64,000 nt of DNA from Rebecca billardiae RCC1528. Lineage: Eukaryota > Protista > Haptophyta. Position 1 is the first letter of the stretch, and each line of letters opens with the position of its first letter. The stretch covers positions 2,666,001 to 2,730,000 of the forward strand of contig OZ251223.1 of NCBI GenBank assembly GCA_965240325.2, read 5' to 3'. Under the pieces are notes generated by a model, which did no database searches, was not told the origin of the DNA, and saw nothing but the letters and a program-made list of their open reading frames with translations. The translations under genes and the position numbers were made by a program. Below are positions 48,613 to 59,500 of the stretch, one piece after another.

Positions 48613-49394
48613 GATGGCGATGCGCTAGGACGCGAAAAGCGCAAGATGCGCCCGCCCCGTGATTTCCGCGCCAATCCACCCAGTCGTTCTTCCGGCCATT
48701 CAGTACTTCGACAGACGAATCAGGAGAGCTGCGCCCTCGTGCCTGTGTCTTTAAATCATAGAATTAGTCCGGTCCTGTGTGCTCTCCTGCTCAGCCTATG
48801 TCTATCTATGGGGGTATGATTCATTACGGATTCACGCCCACGGTATGACGGTACTCTGTAGTCCGTAGTACCGTCTACCGACCGAATCCGAGTTGATTCA
48901 CTCAGTAGCAGTAATCGTGCGGCATCAAGTTTACTGAAGACAGCGGACGTGCAGCGGCAATTCACGAGGGCTCCGCGCTCGCTAGTCGGCTGCAGCTGAC
49001 CGCGGCGGCTTCGCCCTCATGCTATACCCTCATGCCGTCGGGGCTCGGGCTTCGGCCGAACTCGACGCCTCTCGACTCTCGAGGCACGATGCACGATGGC
49101 GCGAGCCATGAGCGCACGCGCCGAGCGGACGAAGGCGAAGGGGGGCGGATGATCGTGCTCGTGGAAGGGAAGAAGAACACACGCCCGGCTGATGGATGCA
49201 TCTGTGCTGATTGATTGATGAGTGCGACGCCCGGGGACGGCCGCGAGCGCGGCCGCCGTTGGGCAGTGCGGAGCGCCGGGGACGAGCCCTGGCGGCGCGC
49301 AGCAGTGCGGCGCGCGTACAGAGTGTGTTGGGCAGGAGGTGAGGCAGGGCGACACAGCACGCCCGACCGCATGCCAAAACACGCCCCGAGCTCA

Positions 49395-52300
49395 TCACGG
49401 TGTGCCACGCCGAGCGGAGCGCAGCGTGCCCGCGGCCACCTCCAAGGCCGCGTAGCTGCCGTCAGCGCTGCCAGCCGGCTGCGCCGCAGCGAGCTGGGCG
49501 CCGTCCTCGCCCTCGAGGAGGGCGGCGGCGAACTCGGCCGACTCGCCATGCCTGTCGGCTGGAGTCGCGCGGAAGCATGGGGCGCAGCAGGCACGATGCC
49601 GAGAGCTCGGCGTGAGCTCCATGCGCACTTTCGCCGCGCGCGCTCTGTGTTGGCGCGCGCGCCGCGCGCGCGCCGCGGCGCGGGCGCAGGCAGGGGGCGC
49701 GCGCGCACCATGACGCCTGAGCCCGGTCAGCTTTGCGCCGCTCGCGAGCGCCGAGATGCCACTGGATTGGCTCCCTCGCCCCGCAACAAGACGGCCAGCG
49801 GCCGCGAGCCCGAACGCGACCACAGCGGCGGCGACGGTCACGGCCAGCACGGCCAGCGGCGTGCGCGCGGCAGACGCCGGCACCGCGCTCGCGGCGTCGC
49901 CCATCGGACTTGCCGCCTCGAGCAGCACCTGCGGCGCGCCGTTCTGCGCGGCCCACGACTTCATGCGCCCCGAGTCCTCCCCGATGCGGTTCTTCCAGTA
50001 CTCCCAGGCCATCGCCGGGCTGAAGCCCGCGCAGTTGGGGCACTGGCACACGGCGCAGAGGGTGTTCGGGCAGACCGCGCCCGACTTGCAGCACTGCGCG
50101 ATGCCGCCCGCCCCACAGCCGAACGCGTCGCACATCGAGCCGTCCACTGCGCACGCGCGCGCGGCGCGGCGCGGCGTGGCGCGCGCGCGGGCGGTGCACG
50201 GCTGAGCGCGCGATGGGCAGCGCGCGCGGCCGCATGGGCCGGAGGGCGGAGGGGGGCGCGCGCTCGGCGCGGCGCGCACTCTCTGGGCACTCTGAGAAGA
50301 TGGGCGGCGGCGGCGGGCTCTGCGGCGGCGGCATGTGCGGCGGCGGGCTGCTCGGTGGCGGCGGGGCGCGCGGTGGCGGTTTGGGCGAGGGCGGCGGGCT
50401 CGGCGGGCTGTACAGGGCCGCGCACGGGTTGCCCGCCACCGTGCCGATGTAGCCGTACCCCTCAAAGTCGCACGACGCCTCCGTGACCGTCCCCTCCCAC
50501 AGCAAGTAGGAGTAGAAGTAGGAGACGAGTGCGCCCGCCTGCGCGAGCGGCGACGAGCACGACTTGGGGAGCTGCTCCGCCATCGTGGTGCAGAACTCGC
50601 CGACAGGGGCGGGCGCGTTGCCCGGCGTGCACAGGTAGTTGAAGATCTCGCCGAGCTTCTTGCCCGGCGTGCCGGGCGAGAGCAGGCACGCCGAGGCGGG
50701 CGGCCAGCAGTGGTTGTCGTAGAGGCCGCAGCCGCACGCCTGCTGGCACGACGTCGAGCAGCCGCCGCCCGCCACCTTCTGCTCGTACACCCAGCCGCAG
50801 CCGCCGACGCACGCGTTGTAGCAGAAGTCGTTGCCGTACCAGCACCCGTCCTTGCACTGCTTCACCTCGCAGTTGGACAGCGTCGTGTTCGCCTCGCACG
50901 CGCGGTAGCACGCGACGACCGCGGGCGTGGGCCGCGACGGGTCGAGGACAGTGCTGCAGCCCGGACCGTCGGCGGGGCGCGGCGAGGGCGGCGGCGGCGG
51001 GTTGGGCGGCGGCTGGCTCGGCGGCGGGCTCGGCGAGGGCGGCGGCGGCGGCGGCGGCTCGGGCGAGTGCGGAGGCGGCGGCGACCACGGCGGCTGCGGC
51101 GGCGGGCGCGGGGTCTTGGGTGGCGGCGCAGGCGAGGGCATCGGCGGCTGCGGCGGCGGCGGCAGCGCCGCCGGCGGCTGGGTGGGTGGCGAGGTGGGCG
51201 GCGCGCTCCCCGACGCGCTCGGCGGCGAGGTGGGCGGCGTGCCCGACGGGTCGTCCGCCGACGCGTCGTCCGCCGACGCGTCGTCCGCCGACGCGTCGTC
51301 CGCGGGCGGCGAGGCCGGGGGCGACGCCGACGAGTCGGGCGGGCTCACGGCCGGCGGCGCGCTCGGCTGCTCCTTGGCCGAGTGCTTGGCCGAGTGCTTG
51401 CCCGTGTCGGCGAAGGCGACGAGCTCGACCTTCGGCGAGGGGCAGATGGGGCACATGCAGGTCTTGCACACCGAGTTGGGGCACATGCTGCCGTCGCCGC
51501 AGCACTGGCCCTCGCCGTTGCCGCCGCAGATGTGCGGGTCGCAGTGCTCGCCGCTCGGGCACGACGAGACGGACGGGCGCGGCGACGGCGGCGGCGGCGA
51601 GCCCGGCGGCGGCGAGGGCGAGGGCGGCGGCGGCATGGTCGGCGGGCGCGGCGGCGGGCTCGGCGGGCTCGGCGGCGGCGGGCTCGGCGGGCTCGGCGGC
51701 GGCGGCGGCGGCGGCTCGAAGCGCTTGACGCACGGCCGGCCGCTCGAGATCCCGACGTAGCCGTAGCCGTCAAAGTCGCACGTGGCGGACGTGACCTCGC
51801 CCACCCAGTTCATGTACGAGAAGAAGAAGGAGACGAGCGCCTCGGCCTGCTCGTGCGGCTGCTGGCACTCGGCGGGGAGCTGCGTGACCATCTCCGTGCA
51901 GAACGTCGAGATCGCCGGCGCCGCGTTCCCCGGCGTGCACAGGTAGTTGAAGATCTCGCCGAGCTTCTGGCCGGGCGTGTCCTGAGAGAGCAGGCAGGTC
52001 TGCTCCTCGTGGTAGCAGTGGCCCTCGTACAGCCCGCACTTGCACGCGCGCTGGCAGCCGGCGGAGCAGCCGACCACGGCCTTGCTCGCGTTGAAGCCCT
52101 CCTTCGCGACCGACGCCCACGAGCAGCCGCCCACGCACCCGTTGTAGCAGAAGTCGTTCCCGAACCAGCACGCCGCCTTGCACGAGACGCGGTCGCACGG
52201 CGGCGCGTTGGCGTTGGCCTGCTCGCACGAGCGGTAGCACGCGAGCAGCCGCAGCGGCGGGATGGGCGGGATGTCCTTGGCGTGCGGGCACGCCTTCTCG

Positions 52301-53700
52301 ACGTCGGTGAGCTCGGCGAGCGAGCGGCGCACGGTGTGCTCCAGCTCCACCGCGTGCGCCTCGCCGTCCACCTCGCTCAGCAGCCGGCCGCTCACGACGG
52401 CGCGGGAGGCGGCCTCGGCGGCGCTCGCGACCGCCGCCGGCGCGTCGTCACGCTCGAGCATGAAGCCGGGGTGGCCGGTCGCGAGTTCGAAGGCGGAGTG
52501 CTGCACCTCGAGCGGCTCGCCGAAGTCCGCCGCGGCCGCCGTCTGCGCGGCGAGCGTGCGCCCGTGCGCGGTCGCCGCCGTGACGGCCGCCTCGGCGTCG
52601 GAGCGAGGCGCCGCAGCGAGCACGGCCTCGGCCGCCGGCATCGGCTGCTCGCGCGGCACGGCGCGCGCCTCGAGCCGGCGGCGCTGCGGCACGTTGGGCA
52701 CGGGGGCGCCGGCGGAGGCGGCCGGGACGGGCGCGCCCGGCGCGACGTTCGGGTTCTGCGTGAGCGGCGCGGCCGCCGCCACGCCGTTGATGGGCGTGCC
52801 GGGCGGCGCGTCGGAGCAGTCGGGGCACTGGCAGACGGCGCACGTCGAGCCGGGGCACTTGTGGCCGTCGACGCAGCACTGCGCCTGGCCGGCGGGGCCG
52901 CACATGTGCGGGTCGCACGTGCCCACGCCCGATGGGCAGTGCACCGGCTGCACGGGCGGCGAGGGCGGCGCCACGCCCGGCGGGTGCGGCGGCGCCCCCG
53001 GCGAGGGCGGCGGCGCGGGCGGGTCGGGCGCGGGCGGCGGCGACGGCGGCGAGGCCGGCGGCTCGTACAGCACCGCGCACGGGTGGCCCGCCTTGGGGCC
53101 CAAGTAGCCGTAGCCCTCGAAGTCGCAGGTGGAGCTCGTCGCCTGCCCCGTCGACTGCATGTACGAGTAGAAGTACGAGACGAGCGCCTCCGCCTTGAGG
53201 AAGGGCGTCGAGCACGCGGGCGGGAGGCTCTTCTTGATTTGCTTGCAGAAGCTGCTCACCTCGTCGGGCGCGTTACCCGGCGCGCATAGGTAGCCGAAGA
53301 TGTTGCCGATGCTCTCGTCGGGGATGGTTGGCGAGAGCACGCACGTCTGATCCGGCCGCCAGCAGTGCTTCTCGTACAGGCCGCAGCCGCACGTGATCTG
53401 GCAGCCGGAAGAGCAGCCGACCGACGCGGCGGAGCTGTTGAACGCCCACGGGTAGCAGCCGCCCATGCACGAGTAGTAGCAGAAGTCGTTGCCGTACCAG
53501 CACGAGTCCTTGCACTGCCGTCGCTGGCACGGCGTCAGCTTCGAGTCACTGTCGCATTGCGCGTAGCACGAGCGCACGGCGAGCGGCGGCTCGGCAAATG
53601 GCTCTGGGTACGGGCACTCCCAGCGCTTCGTGTGCTTATCAGACTGCCAGGGGCTCTGCCCCGTGGCCAGGAGGACGAGAAGCGGAGTCGCTCCAAGCAT
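49395..53700 (-). CDS. Large cell-surface protein: signal peptide, three Cys-rich modules ending in X8/CBM43-like motifs, three small Cys knots, SPn linkers, C-terminal TM; introns 50147-50279 and 49559-49708
   Basis: Three copies of 'CYxxC..C.R..CK..CWYGNDFCY..C.GGC..GCS..CQ..C.CGLY..HC..C.LS..G.IF.YLC.PGNA..FC..LP..C..A.ALVSYFYSY..CDF.GYGY'. SPPPP linkers and TM 'LAVLAVTVAAAVVAFGLAAA'. Confidence 0.85.
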
Positions 53701-54171
53701 CGCCCCCGAGGCTGCGACGGCGTCAGTCGCGCTCGCTCGGCCCGGCTGGTGGCGTGATCACCGACGCGATCAAGGACCTGTCGCCGATGCAGTCGGTCGG
53801 GCCCTGATTGACCGCACCACGGCCCGAGCCCCCGGCTTCAAAAGGCGCATCTCCTACGGTTTCGTCCTTTCCGTGGCCAGCCGGGGGCCGGCCCGTGACC
53901 ACCAGGGATGCTCGTGCCAAGCGGAAGGGCCTTGCTCGTGCGGGGCTTCGCGACTCGGATCCGGCGGACTCTGTTATGAAAACGGAGTGCCCTTTGATTG
54001 GCCCACGCCCGCCGCCTCCACATGATTCTCCGGACGAACACGGACGGCTACGTGGGTACCCACGTCAGTACGCGACTGGCAAGTTGAATCATACCGCTTT
54101 TCCTGGCGCCTGGACCAGGGCGAAAAGTCGCGAGAGCCAAGACGAGGAGCGCTGCAACTTGGGGCGGCGCG

Positions 54172-56265
54172 ATGGCGGCGGAGGCCCCGGCCGAGCACCA
54201 AAACCCTGCAGATGACGAGCAGCTGGCGGCAATCGAGGCGTGCTGGGCGCGCATCGCGCTGGACGACCGACGCACCGAGCTTGATACCCATTCCCTCCGC
54301 ATCGGCGACCTGCAGATCCAGTCCGTCGAGACGCGCGCGCGCCTGAAGGAGCTCGTGCGCGAGATGAAGGAGACGCCCGCGCCCGAGCGCCCCGCAAAGA
54401 TCGGCGGGCTGATCCGCGCGTTCCAGGCTGCGGTGGACGAGCTGACGCAGCGCGCATCGTTCGCCGAGGCCGCCTTCCTCGGCGTGTACAAGCTGCTCGA
54501 CGACGCGCCCGATCCGACCGGTGCCGTGCGCGAGGCCCGGCGCGCGCTCGGACGGCTCGGCGCCGCCGAGGCCGCGACGGCGGAGCGCGCGGCGGCAGCG
54601 GCGCGCGCCGAGCGTGAGCTTGCCGAGGCGCGCGCCACGCTCGAATCCGTCGCTGCCGAGCGCTCGCAGCTCGCCTCCGCGCGCGAGCGCGCCGACGAGG
54701 AGGTGGGCGTGCGGCTCTCGGGCGCCGAGGCGGCGCTGCAGGCGCTCACGGAACGGTGCGAGCGCGAGCAGGCGCGCGCGGCCGAGGCGGAGGTGGGCGT
54801 CGAGGCGGTGCGCGCGGAGCTCGAGGCGGCGCGCTCGGAGCTCGAGGCGGCGCGCGAGACGCGCGACGCGCACGCTGCCGAGCTGGACGCGGCGCGCACC
54901 CGCGCCGCCGAGGCGGAGGCGGCTGTGAGCGAGGCGCGCGCTCGCGCAGACCAGCTGGCGCGCTCCGCGGACGAGCGCGCGGCCGAGTCCGGGGCGAGGG
55001 GCGAGCAGGCGCGGGCCGCTGAGCGCCGTCAGGCGGAGCTCGAGGCGGAGACGGCCGATCTGCGCGCGCGCGTCGCCGAGCTGCTCGACGGCGAGGAGAC
55101 CCGCCGCCGACGCTTCACCGCCCTCCGCTCCGCACACGAGCGCGAGCTCGCGGACGCGCAAGCGCGCGCGCAGGAGGCGAGCGCGCGCGCCGATGCGTGC
55201 GAGGCGCGCGGCGCGGCCGAGCGCGCGATCCTGGGCGCGGAGGCGCGCGAGCTCGACGAGGGGTACGCTGCGCTGCGCGTCGCGCGCGATAGAGACGTCG
55301 AGCGCGCGCGCACGCGCGCCGAGGCGACGGCGAGCGCGGCGCATGCCGCCCGCGAGGCGGAGTGGGCGCGTGCGGAGGAGGCGGCAGGCGCGGCGCGCGC
55401 CGAGGCGGAGGCCGAGCTCAGAGCGGCGCACGCGCGCGGCGTGGCGGAGCTCGAGGCGCGGGTGCACGCGGCTGAGGCGCGCGCGGGCGCGGCGCTCGCC
55501 GAGGCGGAGGCGGCCGCCGCCGCGCGCGCGCTCGCTGGCCCAGCTGACCGTGGCGACTCGGCGTCGGCCGCGATCGCGGCCCTCGCGGCCGCGCAGCCAG
55601 CGGCGCCGCCGCCGCCGCCGCCGCCGGCAGCGGCGGGCGGCGTGTGCTGCGCGGCGGAAGCGGCGGCGAGCCTGGGTGGCGCGACGCCTTCCAAGCCGGC
55701 GCGGAAGAACGCCGCCGCCGCCGGGGCGGCGTGCACGCCGCAGGGCACTGCTGCGCACACGCCCCCGCCCGCGCAGCCGGCGCACACTGCGATCGCCATC
55801 GGCGGTGGCGGCAGAGGCGCGGTCGCATCGCCAGAGCCGCCGCAGTCCGCGCTGCGGCGGGGCGCCCGCACGGCCGCCGCGCCGAGCAGCGCGCGTCGGG
55901 GCATCGGGGCGCTCATGCTCGTGTACACGCTCTTCCTGCACGCGCTGCTCTACGCACTCACCATCAGGTGCGCCGCCCCCGTGGCCAGCGGCGTGGTGGG
56001 CGTGCACCACCGAGACCACGGACACGTTGCGGCCGGCATCGCGGGCGCGCTCGGCGGCGGGTACGACTACGAGGGCCGAGGCGCAGCCTCGGTGGCGGAC
56101 CCTCACGGCGTCGTGCTCAGCGGCCCTGAGCCGCACGCAGTCGGTGGCCTCGCCGCAGCGTCGACCCCGCCTGCCGGCGTCGTGGCCACATCCATTCCGG
56201 ACGCCAACGCCTCCTCAACGTCGACAGTGACGCTGCTGAGGTCGACAGTGGACGACGACTTCTGA
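54172..56265 (+). CDS. CASP: CASP/COY1-like golgin (CUX1 N-terminal domain, coiled coil, C-terminal TM)
   Basis: 'CWARIALDD..ELD..LIRAFQAAVDELTQRASFAEAAFLGVYKLLDDAPDP' and TM 'YTLFLHALLY' with the golgin Y/H signature. Confidence 0.85.
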   Translation: MAAEAPAEHQNPADDEQLAAIEACWARIALDDRRTELDTHSLRIGDLQIQSVETRARLKELVREMKETPAPERPAKIGGLIRAFQAAVDELTQRASFAEAAFLGVYKLLDDAPDPTGAVREARRALGRLGAAEAATAERAAAAARAERELAEARATLESVAAERSQLASARERADEEVGVRLSGAEAALQALTERCEREQARAAEAEVGVEAVRAELEAARSELEAARETRDAHAAELDAARTRAAEAEAAVSEARARADQLARSADERAAESGARGEQARAAERRQAELEAETADLRARVAELLDGEETRRRRFTALRSAHERELADAQARAQEASARADACEARGAAERAILGAEARELDEGYAALRVARDRDVERARTRAEATASAAHAAREAEWARAEEAAGAARAEAEAELRAAHARGVAELEARVHAAEARAGAALAEAEAAAAARALAGPADRGDSASAAIAALAAAQPAAPPPPPPPAAAGGVCCAAEAAASLGGATPSKPARKNAAAAGAACTPQGTAAHTPPPAQPAHTAIAIGGGGRGAVASPEPPQSALRRGARTAAAPSSARRGIGALMLVYTLFLHALLYALTIRCAAPVASGVVGVHHRDHGHVAAGIAGALGGGYDYEGRGAASVADPHGVVLSGPEPHAVGGLAAASTPPAGVVATSIPDANASSTSTVTLLRSTVDDDF

Positions 56266-56508
56266 ATCTGCTGAGTGACCAGTAACTAGCTTAGGAACCG
56301 GTCTGACCGCCGACTCTACAGACTGCAGTTCTTGACTGACACTGAACAGCCGATCAACGGAACGTACGCGAGGCACCTGAAACCGCCGGCCATTTACCCG
56401 CATTGATCGACGTTTTCGGCCAAACATGATATGGAGCAAAGCTTGGCTGTTGTATCGATCGTCATCGCTCGAGCCCAGACGCCCGCCCATCCAGCGCTCC
56501 CCCCCGCC

Positions 56509-59500
56509 ATGGATTTGCTCTTCCTGGGGGTGGGTGGCGGCGACTCCGCCCGCCGCGCACGCAAGTCGCGGCAAGATGAGCGGCGGGCGGCGATGGTTGC
56601 AAAGCTGGGGCTAGCTACGCCGCCACACCTCACGCCGACACGCGAGAGCCCAACGTCGTCCAGCGCGACGGATCCGGCACCGCGGCGCACGCCGGCGACG
56701 ATCGGCGTGCAGTGGCCTTCATCCGCACGGTTGCGAGAGAAGGGCACGGGCGGGGCGCACTCGCCAGCGCGCTCGCCGCGCACCGACGTACTCTTCTCTT
56801 CGACGGATCAGCCGCTTCCCGAGCCGACCTCGTCCCCCGAGCCCGTGGTGCACGCGGCCCCGGACAGCAGTGCGAACAACAGCCGGGAGAACGCGGCGCG
56901 TGCACACGGTGGCGTGGACCCCGCCGGGTCGCCGCAGCCTGCAGCGTCCTCGAGCCCGCGGAACCCGAGCGTGCATAGCAAAGGCGGCTCGCTGCCACTG
57001 GGCTCGCCGCCGCAGAAGCCGCCATCCAGCGCGCGCAGCGGCTCGCTGCCCTCCTCGGCGAGACGACGGCATCTGGCGGCCGCGGAGCCCCACGCCCTCT
57101 CGCCGCGGCACAGCGCGGCTGCGCACGCGCTCTTCTCCACGACGGATCAGCCGGCGGGCGCGCCGCCCGAGTCGACTGCCGCGCCGCCCGCGGACGTTGA
57201 GGACGCCAACCTCGACCACAGCGGCAGCCATGGCAGCTCGGGCAGTCTCGGCAGCCGCGCCAAGGCCGTGCCGGCCGAGATTGTGGTCGCAGCGCGCCAG
57301 CTGGCGGGCACTGGCCGATCGGAGACGGAGCTGCCGGCGCCGGGCGCTGGGCTGAGCCCGCGCAAGGCCGTCGGCAGCGACCGTGCCAAGCCGAGCTCGC
57401 AGCGGCACAGCGGGGGCCGCGCCACAACGGCACCAGCCCACGGCACCCCTGCGCTGGATATTCAGATTGGCAGCGGCAGCGACGCCGAGCCGGAGCCGGA
57501 GGAGAGCTCGACCGCTCGGCGCAAGCGCGACCTGAGCGCGAGCATGCAGCCGAAGCGTGACACGCGCCTCTCCACGGCGAGCGTGCACCAGCAGCCCTCC
57601 GAGCACGAGCCTCGGCGCTCGATGCCCACGCTGCAGCTGCCCGAGGAGGAGGCGGCGGCGCGCTCGACTCGGAGCAGCCTGCACGAGGAGCGCGTGGGCG
57701 GCTCCGCGCCGAGCTCGGCCGAGCTGCGGAAGCAGCGGCAGATGCGCTACTCGACGGCGAGCGTGCATCAGCCGCCGGAGGAGGACGAGCCTGCGCGCGG
57801 GCTCCCAGCGCTGCCGCTGCCCGGGGACGGCAAGGCGTCACGCATGAGCAGCCTGCGCGAGGAGCGAGGCCCCGGGGCGGCCGCGCTCAGATCGAGCGAG
57901 CGCCTGGGACGTGAGGCGAAGGCGGCGGCGGCGGCAGAGGAGGAGGAGGGCTCGACGGCCCGCAGGAGACGTGAGGTGGAGGAGGCGGACGACGAGGAGG
58001 AGGAGAGCTCCACCGCGAGGCGCGCGCGTGAGATCGAGGCGTTGGTGGCGGAGGTGCAGGCGGAGAAAAGCTCGACAGCGCGGCGCAAGCGCGACGCTGC
58101 GGCCGGCGCGGCGCGTCTGAGCGCGAGCATGCAGCCGAAGCGTGACACGCGCCTCTCCACGGCGAGCGTGCACCAGCAGCCCTCCGAGCACGAGCCCCGG
58201 CGCTCGATGCCCACGCTGCAGCTGCCCGAGGAGGAGGCGGCGGCGCGCTCGACTCGGAGCAGCCTGCACGAGGAGCGCGTGGGCGGCTCCGCGCCGAGCT
58301 CGGCCGAGCTGCGGAAGCAGCGGCAGATGCGCTACTCGACGGCGAGCGTGCATCAGCCGCCGGAGGAGGACGAGCCTGCGCGCGGGCTCCCCACGCTGCA
58401 GCTGCCCGGGGCGGCGGGGAAGAGCAGCTCGGCGGCGGTGGCGGCGGCGTCGTCTGCGCCGAACGCCAAGGGCTCCTCTGCGCCCAAGCCTGGCGCGCTC
58501 GAGCGCACGACCAGCACAGACCCTGACCGACTCGGCGGTGCGGCGGCCGCGCCAGCCGGTCGGACGGCAGCGCCGGTCTCTGCGCTCAGCCGCACGAGCG
58601 TGCGCACGCTGCAGGCGCGCGGCGGGATCGAGCTCGAGTTGACCTTCGCGCCGCCGACCAACGGCCAGCCGGCCGAGGTGGCCGTGCTCATCTTCGACCC
58701 CGAGCCCTCGCTCTTTGGGCTGGCAGCCATGCACGTGTTTGCGATGGCGCAGCGGCAGGGCGGGCTGTGGCGCCGCGCGCTGCTCGTCGGCGTGGCGCGC
58801 AAGCTGCGGCCGGGCGAGAGCAGGGCCGAGGCGCGCGAGCGCGACTTCGTGCCCCCACGGATGGTGCTCTCCGAGATGAACGCCTCCTTCCGCCCGAACC
58901 CCTTCCTCTCCTCCGTCCTCCACGACGTGCTGCCCGCCGTCGACGCGCTGATGGCGCCGCACGCGCGCGGCGTGCGCGAGCGGCGCGCGCTCGTCGCCGA
59001 CGGGCTCGCGACGCTGCTGGGCGTGCAGCTGCTCACCGCCCACCCCGAGCTGATCGGCCACTTCGTCCTGGGCTCGCCCCCGCTCCCCGAGCACGAGCAC
59101 ATCTTCCAGAACGAGTCGCACGCCGCCGTGCACTACGCGCCGCACGCGGCGGGTGTATCTGTGCTACTGCTGCTGGGCGAGCTCGATCGGAGGGCCAACT
59201 TGCACGAGCACGCGGCGCGCCTCGCGGGCGTGCTGCACGGGCGCGGCGTGGGCGCGCGGGTGCCGCTCGTCGTCGCCGGGGAGGACGCGGCGTCGCTGCC
59301 GCCCTCGATCGTGAGCCGCGGCCTCGGCTGGCTGCTCGCCTCGCTCGACGCGTCGGGCGCCGTCGATGAGCAGAGTGACGACGAGCCAGAGCGTGCGCCT
59401 CTGCGCCCGGCGGCGGCGCAGCCGCGTGCTGCTGCTGCTGCTGCTGGCGGTGGTGGCGGCGGCGGTGGTGGTGCTGGTGGTGCTGGTGCTGGTGCTGTGG

